Of a stretch of DNA of 64,000 bases, positions 10,642 to 22,177 are shown in pieces. Location: the NCBI GenBank assembly GCA_030704615.1, contig CM060733.1, positions 61,876,001 to 61,940,000 on the forward strand, written 5' to 3'. Source of the DNA: Takakia lepidozioides (Eukaryota > Plantae > Bryophyta). A model generated the notes under the pieces. The model ran no database searches. It was not told the DNA's origin and saw nothing but the letters and a program-made list of their open reading frames with translations. The position numbers were made by a program, and so were the translations under genes. The number at the start of each line of letters is the position of its first letter. The first letter of the stretch is position 1.

Positions 10642-12850
10642 TGCACCAGCAACCTTTCAGAGAGTGATAAGTGAATCTTTTCATGAGTATTTGGACGATT
10701 TCATGCAGGTGTTCTTGGATGATTTCAGTGTGTACAGCTCTAAGAATGAGCACTTGCATAAATTGGAGTTATGTTTGGCCAGATGCAGGATGAGAGGTCT
10801 GGGCCTAAATCCAGAGAAGTGTATTTTCTGTGTGAACTCATGGGTGCTTTTGGGACACATTGTGTGTAAGAGGGGACTTCTTGTGGATTCCAGGAAGACA
10901 GAGGCCATTAAAGCGTCTCCACCACCAGTAAATGTTAAGAGTCTAAGGAGATTCCTTGGACAAACCAGTTATTACAGAAAATTTGTCAAAAGGTATGCAC
11001 AGATAGCAGCACCATTGAGCAAGCTTCTGAAGAAAGATGCAGTGTTTGCATGGACAGCTGAATGTCAACAGGCTTTTGAGGAACTTACATTGTCAGTAAC
11101 AACTACACCTGTGCTGATTAACCCTCACTGGCATGTAGTATTTCATGTTCACTGTGATGCCTCAGGAGAAGCGTTGGGAGCGGTGTTAGCCCAAAATGTT
11201 ACATGAAATATAGATTCACCGGTGTACTATGCTAGTAGGTTGATGAACGGCGCTGAAAGGAACTATAGCACAACTGAAAGAGAAGCACTGGTAATGATTT
11301 ATGCAGTCAAGAAATTCAGGCATTGCCTATTGGGAAGAAAGTTTATGTTTTATGTGGATCACCAGGCTCTGATATATCTGGTGAACAAACCTTTGATAAG
11401 TGGAAGGATAACAAGGTGGTTAATAATCTTACACGAGTTTGAGTTCGAAGTTGTTTACAAGCCTGGCCGTTTGCATCTTGTGGCAGATCATTTGTCACGA
11501 CTAACAACAGGAGAGCCCGCCACAGGAGTAGACGACCAATTGCCTGATGCGAGTTTATTTGCAATGGAGGTGCAAGGAAGTGCAGATGAATGGTTAGATT
11601 GGCAATGGCCAATCAGATACTACCTTACTCATGGTCAGTGCCCACCTAGTTATGGTAAGGAGCAGAGGAAGAGAATCGCTATCAAGGCTTTACCTTATAC
11701 TATGGTAGGGGGCAGAATGTATAAGCTAGGACCTGATGGAGTACTTAAACGATGTTTGTACCACCATGAAGTAAATAAAGTTTTGGAGGAAGTTCATAAA
11801 GGAGTGGCTGGAGGACATTTTGGAGAAGAGACTACCAGTAGGAAGATACTACTTGCAGGTTACTGATGGCCTACTTTGTTCAAGGATGTACACAAGTATT
11901 GTCAGAGTTGTGATGAATGTCAGAGGCTAGGACCTTTGCAGAGATCTGGGAAGATGGCTTTGCATCCTACGATGCCTACTGAACCATTTCAGAAATGGGG
12001 ACTAGACTTTGTTGGACCAATTAACCCACTGGCCAAGAATACACAAAACAAGTATATAATTACAGCCACTGATTATACTACGAAGTGGGTGGAAGCTAAA
12101 GCTCTAAGGGACAACACAGCCAAATCCACAGCAAGGTTCCTGTATGAGAACATACTTACACGATTTGGCTGTCCCTTGGAATTTATCAGTGACCAGGGAA
12201 GTCACTTCATTAATGAGACCATTGAACTATTGAGTAAAGAGTTCATGATTGTGCATAGGAAGAGTACAACGTATTACCCACAGGGTAATGGGCAGGCAGA
12301 GGCTACCAACAAAATACTCTGTACTATCTTGGCTAAGATAGTCAATGCAAACAGAACGGATTGGGATACAAAGTTGCTGATAGCTTTGTGGTCATACAGG
12401 ACTTCATATAAAGTCACCACTAAGTATACACCATTCCAATTAGTTTATGGTATGGAAGCTTTACTTCCAGTGGAATTCTTGTTACCTACCATGAGAACGG
12501 AATGGGGAAAGAGAAAAGAATTGTAAGGTTCAATTAAGGTCAGGAAACATGAATTATACCATGTGGAAGAAGTACGTGCTGATGCAGCTGATAACATGAC
12601 CAGAATTCAGATGAAGAGGAAGGAACAGTTTGATGAAGGCAAATTAAAGACTTTTAAGACGGGAGATTTGGTTCTCTGGTTGCAGAAGAAGGGGAAGATT
12701 AAAGCTTCTAAGCTTAAATCACCATGGAAAGGACCTTATGTCATACAGAAGATGTATGATAACAACACGGCCATGTTACAAACCATTAACAAAGAGATGC
12801 TGGGAAGAGTCAATGCCAATAAGTTGAAGGGGGTACAGTGGTATCCATGA
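10642..12850 (+). pseudogene. pol: R1b pol remnant: RT (FLDD), RNase H, integrase
   Basis: [67 protein letters not shown]. In-frame stops at ~11204, 11864 and 12524. Confidence 0.92.
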
Positions 12851-13734
12851 CAAACCATTGCAGCACGATTTGCATGTTGAAACGCAAAAGCAGTCACGAG
12901 CTGCGCCAATGATACCAACGGAGTATGGAGCACTTGTCGCTAAGCCGAGCATATATGACCAGGGCGGGAACTACAGGTGTTCGCAGCCCATCACAGCGTG
13001 ACACAGCCTATCACAACCCATCACAGTGCCACACAGCCTATCACAGCTCAACACAGCCTACCGGGGTTACACAGTCCATAGGATCAGTGACAGGTGGACG
13101 TGGGTTAACATCCGGAGAGAGGCCGGCGGAAAAGTTGACGGAGGCAGGTTTAGAAATGGACACGTGGATGCCAGGGCAAGACACACAGGCGGACATGAAT
13201 TGCAAGAACGGGTGTCATCAAGAAGGAAGACAAAATTGGCCGTCAAAATACCTACCCGGCACGTTAACCAAAATTTATTGTGGGCCCATTAATGCATACA
13301 GGGAAAGGGTAACGGAACCCTTTACAAGTACCGAAAAGCGAAATCCTTGTCACATGTGCTATCCTAGTAGACAGTCCAAGGGGGGAAATCCACGGAAGGG
13401 AATTAAATTACAAAACCAATCACAGACCCAACAACCAATCATGAGCCAGAATTACCTGCAGAGGGTAATTTCCAAGAAGCAAGATCAAGAATTTAGAGAA
13501 ATTATGAGCGCAAGAGTCGGCGTGGTTCCGAGTAACGGGCGTCTCGATAGGGGAGACAATCAAAGCTATAGCTTTGAAGCTATGGCGGAAATAACAGACT
13601 ATACGCTCGCCTTACTACTTACGCAATGGCACAAGGACAGACGAACGGAGAGTACATTTCCTCTAAATCGATACTTGTAAGCCCCACAGGCTTACAAGCA
13701 CTTACCCATTTCATTCTGTGCCAACCATACCTTC

Positions 13735-14553
13735 ATGCTCTATGCCCTGCAAGCTTTCCTTCAGCTGTTTCAAACAAAGCCTTTCTGTTTGTCTAGAATA
13801 AAGAGAGTGAGAGGAATGGAGGATATCAGGGTGAAGAGCACGACGATACTGCAGAAGCAAACAATTGCGGCACCGCAGGCAGTACAGCTGCTAAGGGAGT
13901 TGCGATTGGAGGGGCTGTTACGCAAGGATTGGTCATTGCATCATCGGCAGTTCATGATACAATTTCTTCAGAACTTTGAGCCTCGGACAGGAGTTACTCA
14001 GGTGAGGGGAGTAGATATAGAAATTACTCCCCAGTACCTGCAGCAATTGTTTGATTTGCCATCAGGACATGTGGATGTGGATGAGCACAGGGCAAGATTG
14101 CAGATAGGGAATTTGTTCCAAGAAGAGAGTTTCTTTAAAACTCAAGGTTACGCTTGTACCAAAGCTGAGTACCCAGGGCTTAGGGAAGTTGGCCAAATAT
14201 TGAACGTTCTGTTTGCCATGAAACAGAACCAACAGTATTTGAGCAGGTCATTCATAGAGGAGATACTGAAGGCTTTGAGGGGAGAGGATGTCGCTTGGGC
14301 GGAGTTAATGTACAACGGATTGGTGGACGAGATGAAGAGGTTACAGGGCACTGCTGCTAAGTCTCCGATCATTGTGTCCGGTCCAATCATTGCCCAAATA
14401 ATTCTTGATTCTTGCATACTTGATACTCGGGAACGTAAGGAGATGAGAGTGTTTGAGGCAGAAACCACTACAATTGAAAAGCAAGGCTCTTCACAGAGTG
14501 AGGGTGGACTGACAGCGCAACACCAGTCTAAGAGACAGAGGCGGGGTATGACT
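13735..14553 (+). pseudogene. R1b extra 3' ORF, N-terminal part (interrupted)
   Basis: Homologous to 35044-35784 and 50870-51610 (MEDIRVKSTTILQKQ...FLQNFEPRTG...WAELMYNGL). Confidence 0.8.
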
Positions 14554-14778
14554 GGGGGGTTGTTATTTCATGAGCGGCATGAGCATGAGCGGAAAAAAAA
14601 AAAAACATGAGCAGACCATTGTGAGTCCACGGAAATAGGGTTAAGAGACACGGAAATAGGGTCATGTGAAGTTGGAATGTGGCACCAGTGGACTTGAAAT
14701 GCAACATTTTATTGCAAATTTTGTGGCAAGCCACGTCTATACAAGTGTGTTCTAACTGTCATAGCTGGCATGGGCACT

Positions 14779-15210
14779 ACTCTCCTACACCCTCCGAGCA
14801 ACTTGCCCCACCTTCTTCCTCATCCCCCTCATCCTCCGAGCTCTGTGATGCATCAGTTCCACTATGCCTCTCAAAAATCCCGTCCTCTTGGGGGACTGTC
14901 CACCTCACCTCCTAGGAATCTTCTGCATCTTCTCCCCCACTTTCCTCAGCTGAATCCAAGACAAATCTACGAGCCTGACGGGCTCTAATAGCTGCTGCTT
15001 CCTCCCTCATCTTCATTTTCTTGAGGCTTGCCTCGTCTAAAATCTGCTGTACACGAGTAGGTTCGGAACACCTCCTAATGGACACCGAAGCAAGCCAGAC
15101 AACATAAGTAGGAAGGATGCAGTCCCTTTCTGGACTAGGCATGAAATCCCCCCTGGCAAAAAAATGCACGTTCCTCCTGTCCATAAACTGCGGTTTAGAC
15201 GTCTCTCCTA
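14779..15210 (-). pseudogene. Remnant of the last exon of the MTase-like gene in copy A
   Basis: Homologous to 46432-46885 (RGDFMPSPERD..LPTY..RCSEP.RVQQILDEASLKKMKMREE). Premature TAG at 14912. Confidence 0.7.
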
Positions 15211-15279
15211 TAGTAAGAACAAATCCACTTGAAGAATGTCAATACCAGCAAAAGCAGAAACGGTCTTTCAATGAAATAA

Positions 15280-15287
15280 AAACGCCA

Positions 15288-15325
<38 letters not shown>

Positions 15326-16185
15326 GCCATTTTTCCAGTTCGGGGCCGAAAATGGCTAAGTCCCAAATCTGACCGGGCCCAGAACTGGAAAAATGGCGCC
15401 GAATTTCCGATTTTGGTGCCAGTCAGATCTGGGACTTAGCCGTTTTCGGCCCCGAACTGAAAAAATGGCGTTTTTTTTTTTTTTTTCCGGTGCCATTTTT
15501 CCAGTTCGGGGCCGAAATGGCTAAGTCCCAGATCTGACTGGGCCCGGAACTGGAAAAATGGTGCCAAATTTCCGATTTTGGTGCCAGCCACCCTAGGGAC
15601 TTAGCCATTTTCGGCCCCGAACTGGAAAAATGGCACCATTTTTCCAGTTCGGGCCCGAAAATGGCTAAGTCCCTGATAGAGCGCGGAACTGGAAAAATGG
15701 TGCCGAATTTCCAGTTGCGGTTCCAGCCATCGTAGGGACTTAGCCATTTTCGGGGCCCTGAACTGGAAAAATTACGCCGAATTTCCGATTTTGGGTACCA
15801 GTCAGATTTGGGACTTAGCCGTTTTCGGCCCCGAACTGGAAAAATGGCGTTTTTTTTTTTTTCGGCGCCATTTTTTCAATTCGGGGCCAAAAATGGCTAA
15901 GTCCCAAATCTGACTGGCACCAAAATCGGAAATTCGGCGCCATTTTTCCAGTTCGGGGCCGAAAATGGCTAAGTCCCAGATCTGACTGGGCCGAGAACTG
16001 GAAAAATGGCGCCGAATTTCCGATTTTGGTGCCAGTCAGATCTGGGACTTAGCCGTTTTCGGAACAGAACAAGAAAAATGGCGTTTTTTTTTTTTTTTTT
16101 TTTTTTTTTTTCCGGCGCCGTTTTTCCAGATCGGTGCCAAAAATGGCTAAGTCCCAGAATCGGAAATTCGGCGCCATTTTTCCAG
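15280..16185. repeat. Type-B palindrome array with poly-A/poly-T expansions
   Basis: GGAAAAATGGCGCCGAATTTCC and GGGACTTAGCC/GGCTAAGTCCC units. Long A/T runs at ~15289-15323, 15470-15486, 15849-15862 and 16084-16111. Confidence 0.9.
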
Positions 16186-18180
16186 TCATGCAGGTAATTC
16201 GAAGAGCGGATGGGCGCCGGATTTCCATCCGCCAGGTAAGTCGGCGCGCAAAATTTCCGTCATGTAGGTAATTCGAAGAGCGGATGGATGGAAATCCGGC
16301 GCCGGATTTCCATCCTCCAGGTAAGTCGGCGCTGCAAATTTCTGTCATTCAGGTTACTTGTGAGCGGATGGATGGAAATCCGGCGCATGATTTCCATCCG
16401 CCAGGTACAAAATTTCCGTCATGCAGGTAATTCGGAGCGCGGATGGATGGAAATCCAGCGACGGATTTCCATCCTCCAGGTAAGTCGGCGTGCAAAATTA
16501 CCGTCATGCACGTAATTCGAAGAGCGGATGGATGGAAATCCGGCGCCGGATTTCCATCCGCCAGGTAAGTCGGCGCGCAAAATTTCCGTCATGCAGGTAA
16601 TTCGAAGACCGGATGGATGGAAATCCGGCGCCGGATTTCCATCCGCCAGGTAGGTCGGCGCGCAAAATTTCCATCATGCAGGTAATTCGGAGCGCGGATG
16701 GATGGAAATCCGGCGCCGGATTTCCATCCGCGCAGGTAGGGCGGCACGCGAAATTTCCCTCAAGCAGGTAATTCGGAGGCGGATGGATGGAAATCCGGCG
16801 CCGGATTTCCATCCGCAAGGTTGGTCGGATAGCGGATGGATGGAGATCCGGCGCCGAATTTCCATCCTGCAGGTAACTCGAATCCCGGATGGATGGAAAT
16901 CCGGCGCCGAATTTCCATCCAGCAGGTAAGTCGGATCCCTGGCGTATGGATATTCGGCGCCGAATTTCCATTCGCCAGGTATTTCGAAGCGCTGAATTAC
17001 CTTCCTGCAGGTAATTCTGAGAGTGGCAGATTGATTTTTCGGAGAAAAACAAACCTAACTGTTTGTTTTGTGGCTGAAGTGCACTTGTAGACACGTTTTT
17101 CTTGGAATCCTTGACTGCTAGAGGCAAATCGGAACAGCCTCGGACGGAAATTCGGCGCCGTTTTTCCATTCTGGGAGGTTTTTATGACTTCCTTTGAAAT
17201 GGCCCCGATGGAAATTCGGCGCCGAATTTCCATCCGGGGGATGGTCTCTGTCGGAGAGGTGCCGGCCTCTCCGCCGCTCTGTTGGATATTCGGTGCCGTA
17301 TTTCCGTCCGGGGGTTGAAATATGACGGCCAGGTGCCGGCCTCTCCCCCCTCCCTGACTGCATTGGAACGGCCCCGGATGGAAATTTGGCGCTGTTTTTC
17401 CATCTGGGGAGGTTTTTATGTTAGCCAGTTTTCGGCCTGACCCCCTGACACGACTTCCTTTGGGGGGGCCCGGATGGAAATTCGGCGCCAAATCTCCATA
17501 TAGGGGATGCTCTCTGTCGAACACGTGCCGGCCTTTACGCCCGAGGCGACTTCATCCGGGCGTCCCCTGTTGGATATTCGGTGCCGAATTTCCGTCCGGG
17601 GGTTGAAATGTGACGGCCAGGTGCCGGCCTCTCCCCCCTCCCCGATTGCATCCGAACCGCCCCGGATGGAAATTCGGCGCCGTTTTTCCATCTGGGGATG
17701 TTTTTATGCCGGCCAGTTTTCGGCCTGACCCCCCGACACGACTTCCTTTGGGGGGCCCGGATGGAAATTCGGCGCCGAATGTCCATCCAGGGGATGTTCT
17801 CTGTCGCACACGCGCCGGCCTCTGCGCCCGAGGCGACTTCATTCGGGCTTCCCTTGTTGTATATTCAGTGCCGAATTTCCGTCCGGGGGTTGTAATGTGA
17901 GGGCCAGATTGCGGCCTTTCCCCTGAGCCGACTGCATCCGAAAGGCCTCGGATGGAAATTCGGCGCCGTTTTTCCATCCGCGGAGGTTTTTAGGTCGGCC
18001 AGTTTTTGGCCTGACCCCCCGACAGGACTTCCTTTGGGTGGATCCGAATGGAAATTCGGCGCTGAATTTCCATCCGGGGGATGTTTTCTGTCGGACAAGT
18101 GCCGGCATCTCTGCCCCAGACGACTTCATCCGTACGGCCCCTGTTGGGTATTGGGTGCCGAATTTCCATTCGGGGGTAGT
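16186..18180. repeat. Type-A palindrome array (inverted counterpart of 298-2235)
   Basis: Repeated GGATGGAAAT(C/T)CGGCGCCG(G/A)ATTTCCATCC. Confidence 0.95.
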
Positions 18181-18265
18181 AATGTGACGGCACGGTGCCG
18201 GCTTCTCCCCTTCAGCCGACATCGTCCGGACGGCCCCCCACTTTCTGACTGCATACAGTTGGCAG

Positions 18266-20520
18266 TGTAGTGTGAAAAGAAGGGGCGTGAATCCCTTTCT
18301 GGTTAATCCTAAATCCGTGGTACTCCCCTCTACTCCCCCCCCCCTTTCCCAGCTGATTGTCCAGGCAAGGGAGAGGAGCGTTCTTTTCCTGTCCAACCAT
18401 CTTCACACGGTTATATGGGTTTTCCCTTAGTTACGTTCGTGATCAGAGTTCACGAAATCCTCATCCACGCCGCAGCGGAAGAGAAGACATGGATGGGGAG
18501 TCTTGAATTGTTCTTGCTCTCGGTTCTACTTCTATTCAACAGCCTGGCCCTATGATCACGGTGCCAACAATGTTAGCACGATATTTTCTGTGATGCAATC
18601 AGCCCAATGGCAGCGGTAAACACGATCCTTTATGTGAAGCCCACTTGAGCAGTGACAGGTCGGAAATCCCCTTTTGTAGTGGTGACACAGATTTAGGAGG
18701 AGGCAGCTCAGATCTTCATGGTCTGCAGGGGCACTGGTTTCTTTCAGGGTTCAGGTTTTCTTCATCTCATCTCCCCAAATTGGCCAACCCCCCAACAGCC
18801 CTTTTGATTTGCAGCTCTCTCCTTACCCAAATCCCCTTTTTCACTCTCTCTCTTTCTTTTCCCCTTTTTGTCTGTTTCTCTATCTCTGTCTATGTCCACA
18901 GGCTCCCCACTACTTCACAACAGCAGATCTGTCATGTAATGCAAATGCACACTCTGCTAGGCATCCAGTGCAGCCAGTCTTGAAGTCATCCTCGGTCTCT
19001 CAAGACACAACCATCCCATCCATCAGTCTCTCTCTCTTTCTCTCTCTCTTGTCCCTTTTTCTCTGCCTCTCTCTCTGTCTGTCAATGTTCAGCCCTTCAC
19101 ACTGCCCTTTTCCCAAGAACCCATCGCTCAAACAGCTCTCATCCCTTTTGTCAGACTTCAACCCAAATACCCCAACATCCCTCTTTTCCCTTCAACTGTG
19201 GAACGCAGTTGTTCAGATCCTAATCCCATACTGAAATCACCTTATCCTTTCCATGTTTTTGCAGCTCCAGCTAACCATCATTGATCTCTCCAAACAAACA
19301 AGCCAGATCTACATTGGTTCCAGTGTATCACTACACACGGCAGCATGGTGTCCAGGTTTATGACACTGAAACAAAATGCAAGAATGAAGACAACAGTGAC
19401 CATTCTGAATTCAGTGACAAACATACTCTCTCTTTCTCTCATTTCTCTCACTGTCATCACAACATCAGGTGCATCCATCCTTTCCACGTTCTGGTTTGAA
19501 GTCCAGAGTCTCCATTCCAATTTCAAAAACTTTTTCTTGTCACATGTCTCCACCTTTTTCCCTTCTGCCAAGATGGCAGTCCTAAATCTACCAAAGCAAT
19601 TTCTAAGTCGCTCAAAAAAAAGGCCACTGTCCATAGACTTATCTGTTTTTATCCACTAGTGAAGCGGCGGGTCTGCCTGTCAAGGTGGCACCTTGCCATC
19701 ACCCGTCAGCAGCCACTTCAACCCTTTCTCTTTGTCTTGATTCCAGACCTTATGACGCCATGATGGCTCCCCTTCTTCACTTGGACCATCCCGTGGCTTG
19801 ACAACCAGATTACGCTATGCAATCCTTCCTCATGAATTGGCCTGGTCCTATAACAAGGAGACACAAAGCAGCTAGAAGCTTGATGACAGAGAACCTGAGA
19901 TACCATACAGCCAGCACTCCACATGCTTTACCTCCCCCCCATTGATTGTGCCCAGACTCTCTTCCCTGTGCTTTCAGCAGCTGGCCTTTTCCTTGCTTGC
20001 TCATCTGCCCATAACTGTCATCTTCAAGGCACTGGCGGCAGTGGTGGTGCGCCGCTCTCCTCACATGCTTCTATCTCCTGGAATTGATCATCACTACGAG
20101 AGAGGCGGCACCGCTTCTTTCTACACAGAATACCAAGCAGAGGCGTCTTAATGCCGCTTCCTAAGCCAAGCAAGATCCCACAACGCAGGTACAACCTCCT
20201 AACACAGGCTGCCCTGCCGACACCACTGCTTGCAACAGCTGCTACGAGCCATCCGTCATCTTCCTCTTCGTTTTTCTCAACCCGCGATCTTTTAGGTCAA
20301 GAACCAGTGATGAAAAACGTTCATCGCATGGATGAAAATAAGTACCGTCATGACTTAGCCATTTTTCTCCTGGCAAAGCATAAGCTCAGTGCGCTCATGA
20401 AATTATCTACATGAAGGGATACATCCTTTCTGCAGTTGGGATGACGGGCACTCCCTTCATAGTGATGCAGGTCGTAATGGTAAACAAAATGTAATGTCAC
20501 TCCCGTGCATTCACACTACA
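18266..20520 (-). repeat. R2 3' LTR
   Basis: TGTAGTGTGAA...TTCACACTACA termini; near-identical to 27109-29342. Confidence 0.93.
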
Positions 20521-20531
20521 TATGTAGTGTG

Positions 20532-20542
20532 TCTCCCTTTTT
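20532..20542 (-). promoter_or_regulatory. R2 polypurine tract AAAAAGGGAGA
   Basis: Purine run overlapping the integrase stop codon, 11 nt upstream of the 3' LTR TG. Confidence 0.7.
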
Positions 20543-21850
20543 AAGTGTCAGGGTCCTCACTGACCACCTTCACTGGCTGATCACCCACTGGTGGTATGAA
20601 GGGTTTCAAGTCCCTCCTACTTCTTACCCATTCCTTGTTTGCCCCATCTCTTAGCCTGCATCTGCGTGCAGCTTCCCCTGTCCTTGTGGTGTTTCCTGCA
20701 TCTTTGTACCCCAAAAAGTCATAAGGTCCCTCCCATGGAGATGTCATGGAAGATCTCTTTCCAGGCCTCAACATCATAACCTTGCTGTTTTCCATCAACT
20801 TGCAGTAGGTATGCCCAGTTTGATGCCTCCTTTCATAATCCCTTGCCTGCTGACGCTGCCCTTTCTTCACACTTTTTCGCAGCTTTGCCTTCATCTCCGT
20901 GAGGAGCTGGATTTTCTGCTGCATCATAAGTGTGACTTCTGCCACAGATCCATCAAAATTCACTGCTGCTGTAAGAAATTGCAACCTGTTGTCAATTCCC
21001 AGTCTTGGAATCCTACCAGTCAGCACTTGAAAAGGTGAGAATCCAGTTGAAGCATGGACACCCATTCTATAACCAAACAAGGCTTTATAGAGATTCTGAT
21101 TCCCACTCAGTGTCGTTTCCAACTCCCAAGGTGGTGATGCTCTGTTTGAGAGATTTAATCACCCTTTCCACCATACCGTTACACTGAGGCCAGTATGGGG
21201 CGCTATGCTCCCTTTTTATACCATATTCGCGGCATGCATCTTCAAACTCGCCTTCCCACTCCGTGCCATTGTCAATGAGCAAGGTGTGAGGGCAGCTATA
21301 CCGGTCAATCACTTCCTCCACTAGAAAGCGGGTAGCAAGGGCTGCTGTATGATCTGTCACTGGTGCGGCTTCTATCCATTTTGAAAAGTGATCTATTGCA
21401 ACCAGAAAGTACCGATTGCCCCTGCTGGTTATAGGTAATGGCCCTGCCGTGTCAATTGCAACTCTGAAAAACAGATCCACTACTGGAATGCTGTGAAGTT
21501 TTGAGCTACCTGAGCGCAATACTCCGTTCTGTTTAGTCATCTGACATTCACCAAAGCCTTTGAGTACTTGCCTAATGAGTTTTGTTCTGTCATGCCAGAA
21601 ATAGCGTCGGCATATCTCCTCTTGTGTTCTTCGGACTCCAAAGTGGCCTGTGGCCTTATGCACTTCAGTGATTATTGCTGTTCGTTCTTGGTGGCACTAA
21701 CCTCCCATCAAAGTAGACCTCACCTTTGAGATAGGAGTACTGCCTTGCCTGCCTGTTGGCTCTCTTGCTCTCCTCCTTTGTCAGGTAGTCATTGACTTCT
21801 CCAAAACATAAGAGGTGCATGACTTCCACATCATCAAGCACATCAGGTAG
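20541..21850 (-). pseudogene. pol: R2 integrase (frameshifted)
   Basis: HKATGHFG, RVAIDTAGPLP, LVAIDHFSKWIEA, IDNGTEW, PQCNGMVER, WEGPY, spread over ORFs 21665-22174, 21085-21663 and 20541-21122. Confidence 0.9.
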
Positions 21851-22177
21851 CCTTTCCTCCTTAATAGCTACTGTATAATTGTCAGAGCTGATGAGAGACC
21901 TTTTCCCCCATCTTTCAGCCTCACGTAATAATGACATCTGAGTAGCTTTGGTGGGTGTGGTCCATGGTATCCAGTCCCCTTCATCAATCTTGTTGCAAGA
22001 AGAAGTGTCTTGTTCTGAACCACTTGTTCCATCACTGTCTGAAGAACAAAACGTCTTGGTGGAACACTCACCGCCCATGTTTTCCTTAGCTGGGCATTCT
22101 GATGAGGAAGTCACCCGCGTTCTTCTTGTTGTTGGTGTGCTTGTCAAGTGTTGAAGGAATGGTGTCTCTTGCAAGCT

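Noticed and set aside
18645-20414. ORFs inside the R2 LTRs
   Set aside because: Short, low-complexity (CT-rich) and motif-free; they are duplicated only because the LTR is.
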